64,000 nt of DNA from an uncultured beta proteobacterium (GTDB lineage: Bacteria; Pseudomonadota; Gammaproteobacteria; Burkholderiales; SHXO01). The translations under genes were made by a program, and so were the position numbers. Where the stretch lies: the NCBI GenBank assembly GCA_963747025.1, contig CAVVDJ010000015.1:2745-66744 (forward strand), given 5' to 3'. The notes under the pieces are model-generated. The model searched no databases. It was not told the origin of the DNA and saw only the letters and a list, made by a program, of their open reading frames with translations. Of this stretch, positions 42,888-51,026 are shown piece after piece (the stretch's first letter is position 1; each line of letters opens with the position of its first letter).

Positions 42888-43379
42888 TCACAGCCCGAGG
42901 GTCGTTCCCGAGGCGGTCGGTGCAGATGCTTCCCAGAGTTCCTCGAACCGCTGCACGAAGGCTCGCGCCTCATGCGGATCGTCCAGCCCCAGCAAGCCGC
43001 GCGCGTCGTCGTAGTGAAATCGATGGACGTAGTCGCGATCGTCCATTACGGCGAACGGGTCATACACCCCTTTCGCCTGCGGCTCGGTTTCGTGAATGGT
43101 GACGGCGTGGCTGAACTGCCGCAACAAATTGATCAGCCGCGGGCAGTCGCGCTGAAGATTGGAAGCATCGTGTAACACGATTTGGATGGTACGCGTGCGG
43201 CTGGCAAGCAGAAAACGGCGGAGCGCATCGTAGCGTCCGGGGCTGTTGTACGCCGGGCCGAGTTGGCGTTCGAAGACTCGCAGCTTTCGCCCAGGGCGCG
43301 TGAACAGAGTGTCGAGCGCTGTCTCGTATTCGAGATTTCCTTCGAGCTTGCGGTGCTCGGGCACGGGGTCTTCGCTCAC
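42888..43379 (-). CDS. Conserved-looking hypothetical protein, coupled to the ribosomal oxygenase gene
   Basis: Open frame 42888..43442. GTG 43379 overlaps the roxA TAG by 1 nt. I recognise no domain (IQIVLHDASNLQRDCPRLINLLRQF...FHYDDARGLLGLDDP). Confidence 0.55.
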   Translation of the reverse strand: MSEDPVPEHRKLEGNLEYETALDTLFTRPGRKLRVFERQLGPAYNSPGRYDALRRFLLASRTRTIQIVLHDASNLQRDCPRLINLLRQFSHAVTIHETEPQAKGVYDPFAVMDDRDYVHRFHYDDARGLLGLDDPHEARAFVQRFEELWEASAPTASGTTLGL

Positions 43380-44539
43380 TATCCCCTTCTCCTTGTCGCC
43401 TGCGCTCCAGCGCTTGGACTCAGATAACCCGAACCATACCACTGATGCAGAAGGGCGACCAGACCGCGCTGCGTGGTGTCTACAGCATCCAGCCGTCGAG
43501 TGTTGGCCAGATGGCGGAGCGAAGTGCGTGCCCGTCCTTTCACTTCGACCGTTTCGCCGTTGATGAAGAACCGGTCACCGAAGTACAGCATCTGGCTGCG
43601 CAGCTCCAGGCAGACCCCGCTGCGCCGCGCGCGCGCGGCGAAAGCCGCGAGCGGCAGGCGCGGGCGGGGCGGCGTGAAGAAGACGTGCGCTTTGGGCTCG
43701 GTGAGATATTGCCCGAGGAAGCGCACCACATCCACTGCGCTCCAGCGAATGCCGCCCAGGCGCTGCGCGACTTCTAGGACCATCCCCCGCGCAATCCGCG
43801 CCGGGCCGTCTTGAGGTTTGAGGCCCGGATCCTGGTATAGCCCTTCGAGCTCGACCCGATCCTCGAGAAAGCGCAGGAAGTGAATAACCAGCTCCTGCCA
43901 TGCAGGCGCTCGAAACCCGATCGAGTAGGTCATGCATGGATCGAGCGCGACACCGTCGTGTGCCCAACCCGGAGGCAGGTACAGCATATCGCCGGGTTCC
44001 AGCACCCATTCCTGTTGCGGACGGAAATCGCGCAGCAGCTTGAGTGGTGCCCCTGCGACGAGCGCAGCATCGCGCTGATGGCCGACGCGCCAGCGTCGGC
44101 GTCCGCAACCCTGCAGGAGGAATACGTCATACGAGTCGTAGTGCGGGCCGACTCCGCCGCCCGCCAGCGCGTAGCTGACCATCAGGTCGTCCAGCCGTGC
44201 ATAGGGAATGAAGCTGAAGCGCTCGAGCAGGGCGCGAGCCTCTGGTAAGAAACGGTCCACCTCGTGAACCAGCACCGACCACCCGCGTGTTGGCAGGCCA
44301 CGGAAAAGGCCGCGCCGGAACGGGCCCTCGTGCGCCTCCCAGCGGCGCGCGTGCCGGATCACGAGCCGCGATTGCGCATCGTCGCGACACGCCAGCCTCA
44401 ACAATTGCGCCGGCGTGAGCACTCCGCGGAAGCCGGGCAGGGCGGCGCGGATCAATAAAGGTTTCTTCTGCCAGTGTTGCGCGAGGAATTGGCGCGGGGG
44501 CAAGCCGCCGAGCAACGCGGTGGCGGCGTCAGCTGACAT
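43379..44539 (-). CDS. roxA: JmjC/cupin ribosomal protein L16 Arg81 hydroxylase (RoxA/YcfD family)
   Basis: 386-aa ORF: FLAQHWQKKPLLIR, VGPHYDSYDVFLLQGCGRRRW, GDMLYLPPGWAHDGVA (His-Asp...His facial triad context). Confidence 0.85.
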   Translation of the reverse strand: MSADAATALLGGLPPRQFLAQHWQKKPLLIRAALPGFRGVLTPAQLLRLACRDDAQSRLVIRHARRWEAHEGPFRRGLFRGLPTRGWSVLVHEVDRFLPEARALLERFSFIPYARLDDLMVSYALAGGGVGPHYDSYDVFLLQGCGRRRWRVGHQRDAALVAGAPLKLLRDFRPQQEWVLEPGDMLYLPPGWAHDGVALDPCMTYSIGFRAPAWQELVIHFLRFLEDRVELEGLYQDPGLKPQDGPARIARGMVLEVAQRLGGIRWSAVDVVRFLGQYLTEPKAHVFFTPPRPRLPLAAFAARARRSGVCLELRSQMLYFGDRFFINGETVEVKGRARTSLRHLANTRRLDAVDTTQRGLVALLHQWYGSGYLSPSAGAQATRRRG

Positions 44540-44599
44540 GAGGCCGATTATATCGCCGCGCTGAGCGCGCTCGGACGCGATGAATGTGTATCGGAGTCG

Positions 44600-44655
44600 C
44601 TAAGGAAGCTCTGATCAAATCTTGCACGCGAGAGATCAGATCCTCAAGCTTCACC
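44600..44655. repeat. Compact hairpin copy of the box element
   Basis: The left arm ctaaggaagctctgatcaaatcttgcac resembles 6709-6734. The degenerate right arm is gatcaga[tcctca]agcttcaccc. Confidence 0.5.
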
Positions 44656-44700
44656 CCCGATCAAAATCGGTTAGAATCGCCGCAGTCTTGTGCCTGGAGC

Positions 44701-45177
44701 ATGCAGGTCATGTTGAAGGAGGGCGAGGCCGCACCGGCCTTTGACTTACCAGATCCAGACATGGAGATGGTCAGCCTTTCCAGCTTCACTGGCCGCAAGA
44801 ACGTCGTGCTCTACTTCTACCCGAAAGACGACACCCCTGGGTGCACGCTGGAAGCGATTGCTTTCAGCGAGCTCGAAGACGCTTTTTCTTCGTTGCAGAC
44901 CGTGGTCTTGGGGGTGAGCATGGATGACTGCATGAGTCACGGGTCGTTCCGCGATAAGCACGGGCTCACGGTGCAGCTTCTGGCCGATACCGATGGCGAC
45001 GTGTGCAAGAAGTACGGTGTGCTGCATGACAAGGAAGTCGAAGGCAAGAAGAAGACGGCAGTGCTGCGCTCGACGTTCATCATCGACCGCAAGGGTGTGT
45101 TGCGGCATGCTCAATACGGCGTCAACCCCCGCGGCCATGCGCAGGAGATCCTCAAGCTGGTAAAGGGAATCGGTTAG
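44701..45177 (+). CDS. bcp: Thiol peroxidase Bcp (peroxiredoxin Q type)
   Basis: VVLYFYPKDDTPGCTLEA has the peroxidatic Cys context; RSTFIIDRKGVL. Confidence 0.9.
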   Translation: MQVMLKEGEAAPAFDLPDPDMEMVSLSSFTGRKNVVLYFYPKDDTPGCTLEAIAFSELEDAFSSLQTVVLGVSMDDCMSHGSFRDKHGLTVQLLADTDGDVCKKYGVLHDKEVEGKKKTAVLRSTFIIDRKGVLRHAQYGVNPRGHAQEILKLVKGIG

Positions 45178-45656
45178 TGCAGATCGTCAAGAATACCGTT
45201 GTGTCGCTGACTTATGAGTTGCTGGCGGTCGGTGGCGAATTGATCGAAAAGACGGACGAGCCAGTGAGTTATCTGCACGGTGGTCATCACGGCATCTTCG
45301 AGCGCGTGGAGAAGGCCCTTGAGGGCAAAGAGGCGGGCTACGCCTGCCGCGTTCAGCTTGAGCCCGGCGATGCTTTTGGCGGTTACGAGGCCGCTCTGGT
45401 GCGGGTCGAGCCACGTGGAGTGTTTCCCGCCGACGTCAAGGTGGGTATGCAGTTCGATGGCAGTGGAGAAGACTCGGGCGAAAGCCGGGTCTACACCGTG
45501 ACCGGCGTCAGCGACGAAGGTGTGACGGTCGATGGCAACCATCCGCTGGCCGGCAAGACTCTAGTGTTCTCGTGTGTGGTGACGCACGTGCGCGCCGCCA
45601 GCCGTGAAGAGCTGGCTCACGGCCATGTGCATGGCACCGGTGGCCACCATCACTGA
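45177..45656 (+). CDS. slyD: FKBP-type peptidyl-prolyl isomerase SlyD-like with His-rich tail
   Basis: VVSLTYEL, YLHGGHHGIFERVEKALEGK, NHPLAGKTLVF and the tail HGHVHGTGGHHH. GTG overlaps the bcp stop. Confidence 0.9.
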   Translation: MQIVKNTVVSLTYELLAVGGELIEKTDEPVSYLHGGHHGIFERVEKALEGKEAGYACRVQLEPGDAFGGYEAALVRVEPRGVFPADVKVGMQFDGSGEDSGESRVYTVTGVSDEGVTVDGNHPLAGKTLVFSCVVTHVRAASREELAHGHVHGTGGHHH

Positions 45657-45661
45657 GGCGC

Positions 45662-45683
45662 ACAGCGCGAGCTTCCACGCTCA
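45662..45683. repeat. Degenerate single-arm box copy
   Basis: acagcgcgagcttccacgctca resembles 11601-11620 (acagcgcagagcttccctag). It abuts the TGA of the ABC-2 permease gene. Confidence 0.35.
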
Positions 45684-46496
45684 TCCGCGCTTACCCGCCA
45701 GGATCCGAATCAAGGGCGCGTAAACCTCTTCACGCGAGAAGCGCCAGCTTGCCACGATCACCGCCAGCAGAGTGAAGCTGAAGCTGGCGAGCAGATCCAA
45801 CCCGGCCTGCAGATCGGAGGCTGGACCTGATACGAGGGGCTCCAGCATCGCGTGCTTGAGCAAATCCACGCAATAGGTAAAGGGATTGAGCATGGCCGCC
45901 GTTTTCAAAGCGAGCGGCAGGTTTGCGATCGGATATAGCGCACCGCTCAGAAAGAACACCGGAAAGATCACGAAATTCATGATGGCGGCAAAGTTGTCCA
46001 AAGTCCGAGTGAAGGCCGCCACCAATATGCCCAGCGCAGCGCAGGACAGCGATGTGACAAGTATCGCGCCCAGCAGCAGCGGGTAGTTCATCCTCCAGCT
46101 CAGGAAGCCCAGCGCGGCCAGCACCACCAGCAGCAGCAAGGCTTGGATCAACCCGGCCAGCGCGGCGGCGAGCGTCTTCGCCACCACGATCCAGCGGTGC
46201 GCGACGGGCGCGATGATAAGCATGCGCATCACCCCGGACTCCTTGTCGTAGACCATGGTCAGTGCCGCCAGCATGCCGCCGAACAGTATCGTCATGCCCA
46301 GGACTCCAGGCGCGAGGAACTGCTGGTAGTCGGTTCGTCCCGTCCGCCCCATCACGGCCCCCAGGCCCGCGCCAATCACGAACAACCAGATCAACGGGCG
46401 CACCATGGCGGAAATCAGCCGTGTGCGCTGGCGAAACATCTTCACCACTTCGCGTTCAATCACAGCGTAGATCGGTCTTAGGATCATCTTGATCAC
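45681..46496 (-). CDS. ABC-2 type transporter permease
   Basis: 271-aa ORF with six hydrophobic segments and ABC-2 membrane-protein features. It lies directly after the ATPase gene. Confidence 0.85.
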   Translation of the reverse strand: MIKMILRPIYAVIEREVVKMFRQRTRLISAMVRPLIWLFVIGAGLGAVMGRTGRTDYQQFLAPGVLGMTILFGGMLAALTMVYDKESGVMRMLIIAPVAHRWIVVAKTLAAALAGLIQALLLLVVLAALGFLSWRMNYPLLLGAILVTSLSCAALGILVAAFTRTLDNFAAIMNFVIFPVFFLSGALYPIANLPLALKTAAMLNPFTYCVDLLKHAMLEPLVSGPASDLQAGLDLLASFSFTLLAVIVASWRFSREEVYAPLIRILAGKRG

Positions 46497-46527
46497 CCGG
46501 GTGCTAGGCGGCAGTGAAGCAATCGGG

Positions 46528-47463
46528 TCAACGCGGCGAATTGACCCATAGGAAAACGTCGTTCAAGTTCGGGCGCCGGATGCGTAGCGCCGACACTCTG
46601 CCTGCGAGCTCGCTTTGCAGCGTGGCCAAAGCGTTGGTATCTTCGTCGGCATGGCGGAACATAGCCACGTCGCCGTCGCTGAGCGCTGGGCCCAGGCGCG
46701 GTTCGAGGCTAGCGATGAGCAAGTCGAGCCCCTCCGCCTCAATCTCGATGATATGCCGGCCGAGCGAGTCCACCAGCGCGGTCGGCGCGCCGCGCTGGAC
46801 GATCTTGCCGGATTTGATGAAGGCCACCTGGTCGCAGCCGTCGGCCTCCTCCAAATAGTGGGTGGTGAGCAGGACCGTCATGCCGGTACTGGCGCGAAGC
46901 CGTTCGATGAAGCGCCAGATCGCGCGGCGATTGGGCAAGTCCAGCCCGATGGTGGGTTCGTCCAGGAACAGAATCCGGGGCCGGTGAATCACGCCGCGCA
47001 CGATGTCGAGCGCGCGGCGCATGCCACCTGACAGCGCGCCAACCGGGCGATTGCGCTTATCGTTCAGGCCAAACAGTTCGAGCAGCTCGCGGCCGCGCTC
47101 CTCGATCGTGGCGGGTGGCAGGTCGTACAGCAGTCCGGCGAAGCGCAGGTTCTGCGCGACGGTCAAAGTACGATCGAGCGCGGATTCCTGGAAGACCAGT
47201 CCAATGGCTCCGCGCACGGCCACGGGATCGCGCGCGACATTGTGCCCTGCCACCAGTGCCGTCCCTGCGCTGGGCCGAACCAAGGTCGAGAGCATGTGAA
47301 TGGTGGTGGTCTTGCCGGAACCGTTCGGACCCAGCAGGCCGAAGAATTGGCCGGCGGGCAACTCCAGATCGAGCCCGTCAACCGCCAGTACATCGCCGTA
47401 ACGCTTGGTCAGGCCCTGCGCTCGAACCGCGAGGTCATGCGCGGCTACGCGTGTGTCGTTCAT
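46528..47463 (-). CDS. ABC transporter ATP-binding protein (DrrA/ABC-2 exporter type)
   Basis: Walker A GPNGSGKTT, signature LSGGMRR and Walker B ILFLDEPTIGLD. It starts 45 nt downstream of the pqqE stop on the same strand. Confidence 0.9.
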   Translation of the reverse strand: MNDTRVAAHDLAVRAQGLTKRYGDVLAVDGLDLELPAGQFFGLLGPNGSGKTTTIHMLSTLVRPSAGTALVAGHNVARDPVAVRGAIGLVFQESALDRTLTVAQNLRFAGLLYDLPPATIEERGRELLELFGLNDKRNRPVGALSGGMRRALDIVRGVIHRPRILFLDEPTIGLDLPNRRAIWRFIERLRASTGMTVLLTTHYLEEADGCDQVAFIKSGKIVQRGAPTALVDSLGRHIIEIEAEGLDLLIASLEPRLGPALSDGDVAMFRHADEDTNALATLQSELAGRVSALRIRRPNLNDVFLWVNSPR

Positions 47464-47508
47464 CCTGCGTCGATTGTAGGTGTGGGAAGCCTAGCCCACT
47501 GCAGGAGA

Positions 47509-48645
47509 CTACTCGGCTGGCGCCGTCTCGGGCCGGTTCTTTGCGCTGAGCTTGCGGGAGTTCTTGTCGTCGCGGAAGACGATCGGACGCACCGTGACCG
47601 GCTGTTCTGCGCTCTGAGCCTTTGCCACGACATCGGTGACGAGGTGATGGTTGGGCGACAGGTCGCAGACTGGATCGGTGTTGGTCGCGTCACCGGTCAG
47701 CATATAAGCCTGGCAGCGGCAGCCCCCGAAGTCCTTGCTTTTGTCGGGGCAGCTGCGGCAGGGCTCCTTCATCCAGCCATCGCCACGGTAGGCGTTGAAG
47801 CCCGGCGACTCGTGCCAGATCCAGCGCACATCGTGGTCGCGCACGTTGGGGAAAGTAAGGCCTGGCAGCATCCGCGCCTCGTGGCAGGGCAATGCGACGC
47901 CGTCTGCGGCGACGTTCAGGAATACCGAGCCCCATCCGCTCATGCACGCTTTCGGGCGGTTCGCATAGTAGTCGGGCACGACGAAGTACAATTTCATTTT
48001 CTTGCCGACTCGGGCGCGGAACTGATTCGTGATCTCTTCCGCGCGCCGCAGCTGCTCTGCGCTGGGCAGCAGCTGGTCGCGGTTGATCAGCGCCCAGGCG
48101 TAGTACTGAGTGTTCGCGAGCTCCACGTGCTCGGCGCCCATCGCCTCGGCCATCTCCAGGATGGCCTGGATGTGGTCGATGTTGAGCCGGTGCAGCACCA
48201 CGTTGAGCACCATCGGGTACTCGTACTGCTTGATGAGCCCGGCCACCTTGGACTTCAGCTCGAAGGTGCGGGTGCTGCTCAGAAAGTCGTTGAGCTCGCG
48301 GGTCGAATCCTGGAACGACAGCTGAATCTGGTCCAGCCCACCCTGCTTGAAGGCAGCGATGCGCTTCTCGGTCAGTCCCACGCCCGAGGTGAGCAGATTG
48401 GTGTAATAGCCCAGACGGCGGGCCTCGGCGATCATGACTTCGATGTCGTCGCGCATCAGCGGCTCACCGCCCGAGATCCCGAGCTGCACCGCGCCCAACT
48501 CCCGCGCCTCGCGCAGCACGCGCAGCCACTCATCGGTCGTCAGTTCGGGGCCGAAACGTGTGTAATCCACCGGGTTGTAGCAGTACACACAGTGCAACGG
48601 GCACTTGAACGTGACCTCGGCATTCAGCCACAGCGGGTTTGTCAT
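47509..48645 (-). CDS. pqqE: PQQ biosynthesis radical SAM enzyme PqqE
   Basis: LWLNAEVTFKCPLHCVYCYN carries the CxxxCxxC motif. SPASM cysteines are present in the C-terminal part (CRSCPDKSKDFGGCRCQAY). Confidence 0.95.
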   Translation of the reverse strand: MTNPLWLNAEVTFKCPLHCVYCYNPVDYTRFGPELTTDEWLRVLREARELGAVQLGISGGEPLMRDDIEVMIAEARRLGYYTNLLTSGVGLTEKRIAAFKQGGLDQIQLSFQDSTRELNDFLSSTRTFELKSKVAGLIKQYEYPMVLNVVLHRLNIDHIQAILEMAEAMGAEHVELANTQYYAWALINRDQLLPSAEQLRRAEEITNQFRARVGKKMKLYFVVPDYYANRPKACMSGWGSVFLNVAADGVALPCHEARMLPGLTFPNVRDHDVRWIWHESPGFNAYRGDGWMKEPCRSCPDKSKDFGGCRCQAYMLTGDATNTDPVCDLSPNHHLVTDVVAKAQSAEQPVTVRPIVFRDDKNSRKLSAKNRPETAPAE

Positions 48646-48652
48646 ATGCGTT

Positions 48653-48943
48653 CTACTCCATGTGCCCAGCGCGGATCCAGCCCTTTGCATAGGCTGCTTC
48701 CAGAAAATCCATCACGTCCTGGCGCAGCTCGACGCCGGGAAAAGCTTGCTCGAGCCCGCGCACGATATCGGCGGCCGAGCTCTTTCCGTCGATGCGCTTC
48801 ATGATCTCGGCGGCGCTCCCCGACAGCTTGACCATGCCTTCCGGGTAGAGCAGCACGAAGGAGTCCTGCGCCGGCTCCCACTGAAAGCGATACTGCCGCT
48901 CGAGTGCGCACACCGCATCGGGAGCGAGCCGGCGCTCATTCAT
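48653..48943 (-). CDS. pqqD: PQQ biosynthesis peptide chaperone PqqD
   Basis: 96 aa: [36 protein letters not shown]. It overlaps the pqqC end by 8 nt. Confidence 0.9.
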   Translation of the reverse strand: MNERRLAPDAVCALERQYRFQWEPAQDSFVLLYPEGMVKLSGSAAEIMKRIDGKSSAADIVRGLEQAFPGVELRQDVMDFLEAAYAKGWIRAGHME

Positions 48944-49679
48944 CGGGCATCGCGGTGCCTGCGCCCAGGCGCTCGGGACCGACTCCGTAGGCAATCTGCA
49001 TGGCGTCCAGCATGGACCACAGAATGTCGAGCTTGAACTGCAGAATCTCGAGCGCACGCTGCTGCTGCGCGCGCGTCGTGAAGTAATCCAAGGTCACCCG
49101 CAAGCCATGGTCCACGTCGCGTCGCGCCTCGGACAGGCGCTTGCGGAAATAGGCGTAACCGGATTGGTCGATCCACGGGTAGTGCTGCGGCCAGTTGGAC
49201 AGCCGCTCCTTGTGAATCTCGGGCGCGAACAATTCGGTCAGGCTGGAGCACACCGCCTCTTGCCATGACGCACGCCGAGCGAAGTTGACGTAGGCGTCCA
49301 CCGCGAAGCGTACGCCGGGGACAACGTACTTGAGCGAAGTCACGTCCTCGCGCTGCAGGCCACAGGCCTGGCCCAGCCAGATCCAGGCCTCGATCCCGCC
49401 CTCGTCGCCCTGTGTCCCGTCATGGTCGATGATGCGCTGGATCCACTGTCGGCGGTGGTCGCGATCGGGCATGTTGGACAACACCGCAGCATCCTTGATC
49501 GGGATGCTGATCTGGTAGTAGTAGCGGTTGTAGACCCAGCCCTGGATCTGATCTTTGGTGAGCTTGCCGCCATTCATCGCCACTTGATAGGGGTGATAGA
49601 TGTGGTAGCGCTTGCCCTTCGCTCGCAGTTTCTGCTCGAACTCGTCACGGCTCCACGGCATGGTTTCGGGTGCGCCCAT
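48936..49679 (-). CDS. pqqC: Pyrroloquinoline-quinone synthase PqqC
   Basis: 247 aa: [55 protein letters not shown] lies 5 nt upstream. Confidence 0.95.
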   Translation of the reverse strand: MGAPETMPWSRDEFEQKLRAKGKRYHIYHPYQVAMNGGKLTKDQIQGWVYNRYYYQISIPIKDAAVLSNMPDRDHRRQWIQRIIDHDGTQGDEGGIEAWIWLGQACGLQREDVTSLKYVVPGVRFAVDAYVNFARRASWQEAVCSSLTELFAPEIHKERLSNWPQHYPWIDQSGYAYFRKRLSEARRDVDHGLRVTLDYFTTRAQQQRALEILQFKLDILWSMLDAMQIAYGVGPERLGAGTAMPDE

Positions 49680-49689
49680 GGGGGTTCTC

Positions 49690-50604
49690 CTACAGTGTGA
49701 CCTCGAGCCCGTCGTGAGCCACCTCGATGCCGGCGCGGGACAGCTCTGCGCGCTCGGCCGAATCTTCGTCCAGGATCGGGTTGGTGTTGTTGATATGGAT
49801 GAGAATCTTGCGCGCCGCTCGCAGCGGCTGTAACGCGCTGATCATGCCGCCCGCGCCAGACTGGGGCAAATGACCTATGTCGCGCGCCCGCTTGCTCGAG
49901 ATGCCCAGCTTGATCATTTCATCGTCGGTCCAGAAGGTGCCATCCACCATCACGACGTCGGCCTGCTCCAGCAGGGGCTTCAGATGCGGCTCGATCTCAC
50001 CGAGTCCAGGAGCGTAGAAAACCTGCTTGCCACTTTGCGGGTCTGTGATGCGCATGCCGATGTTGTCGCCTTCGTGCGGGTTGTTTCGGTGCGGCGAGTA
50101 GGGCGGGGCCTTGCTCTTCAGCGGCACGGCGCTGAAGCTCAAGCGATCGATGCCGTCGATAGAAAAACTGCTCCCGCGTACGGTCGGGAGGCGGTGCCAG
50201 TTTACCCCGCAGTAGTGGCCGAGGATGTTGAACAGGGGGTTGCCTGTCGTCAGGTCTTCGCGAACCATATCGGTGCACCACAGCTCGAGGGGTTTGCCCT
50301 CGCGCAGCATCAGCAGCCCGGTAGTGTGGTCGATCTGCCCGTCCATCAGCACGACCGCACGGATTGCGGTGTCACGGATCGCTCGCGCAGGCTGCAGCGC
50401 AGGGAACGATTTGATCTGCGCCAGCAGGTCTGGTGAGGCATTGAAGAGCACCCAGTCGACCCCGTCCGCGCTGACCGCGATAGACGATTGCGTGCGCGGT
50501 TGCGCGCGGATGGTGCCCTTACGCACGCCATCGCAGTTGCGGCAGTTGCAGTTCCACTGTGGGAACCCCCCGCCGGCTGCTGCACCCAGGACCCGAATTT
50601 GCAT
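49690..50604 (-). CDS. pqqB: PQQ biosynthesis protein PqqB (MBL fold)
   Basis: 304 aa: [48 protein letters not shown]. Confidence 0.95.
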   Translation of the reverse strand: MQIRVLGAAAGGGFPQWNCNCRNCDGVRKGTIRAQPRTQSSIAVSADGVDWVLFNASPDLLAQIKSFPALQPARAIRDTAIRAVVLMDGQIDHTTGLLMLREGKPLELWCTDMVREDLTTGNPLFNILGHYCGVNWHRLPTVRGSSFSIDGIDRLSFSAVPLKSKAPPYSPHRNNPHEGDNIGMRITDPQSGKQVFYAPGLGEIEPHLKPLLEQADVVMVDGTFWTDDEMIKLGISSKRARDIGHLPQSGAGGMISALQPLRAARKILIHINNTNPILDEDSAERAELSRAGIEVAHDGLEVTL

Positions 50605-50649
50605 GACGAGGCTATAAATGTGGCGCGATTGGCGAGCCGGCGTCTACCC

Positions 50650-50680
50650 AAAACAACGAAAGCCCCATGCGGGGCTTTCG
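50650..50680 (-). terminator. Stem-loop/attenuator between pqqA and pqqB
   Basis: The minus strand reads cgaaagcccc-gcat-ggggctttcg followed by ttgtttt, 20 nt after the pqqA stop. Confidence 0.7.
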
Positions 50681-50699
50681 TTGAGCCCGCAGATGAGAC

Positions 50700-50771
50700 T
50701 TAGCGGTTGGCGATGTACATCGTCACTTCGAAACCGAAACGCATTTCCGTGAATTCAGGCTTGGACCACAT
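50700..50771 (-). CDS. pqqA: PQQ precursor peptide PqqA (copy 1, heads the pqqABCDE operon)
   Basis: Hand translation: [23 protein letters not shown]-stop, with the conserved E-x3-Y (EVTMY). It is too short for the ORF track. Confidence 0.95.
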   Translation of the reverse strand: MWSKPEFTEMRFGFEVTMYIANR

Positions 50772-50958
50772 AGTCTTCTCCAGATTAATGATACAGTTAC
50801 CCACGTGCGGTCATCGAGCGCCGCGATTGGCGAACCCTACCGGCCTTAACGTTGTCCCTTCTGCATCTGCGAACCGGGACCGCCATAGGTCAGTAAAGTC
50901 GAGGGTCATTCTCGGCCACTTCCGATCTCACCACCCACATCAAAATCAGCAAATACTG

Positions 50959-50981
50959 CTCATGATTTTCATGAGTTTAGG
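50959..50981 (-). promoter_or_regulatory. Palindromic AT-rich operator candidate (Fur-box-like) in the pqqA / tonB divergent region
   Basis: The plus strand has ctcatgattttcatgag (a perfect 7-3-7 palindrome). The minus reading is cctaaactcatgaaaatcatgag. It shares an exact 14-mer with 55984-55997 and matches 13/19 positions of GATAATGATAATCATTATC. Confidence 0.55.
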
Positions 50982-51026
50982 AATCCACTCTCGCTCGACT
51001 CGGCTCATCGCCCAGGGGTTGTGGCT

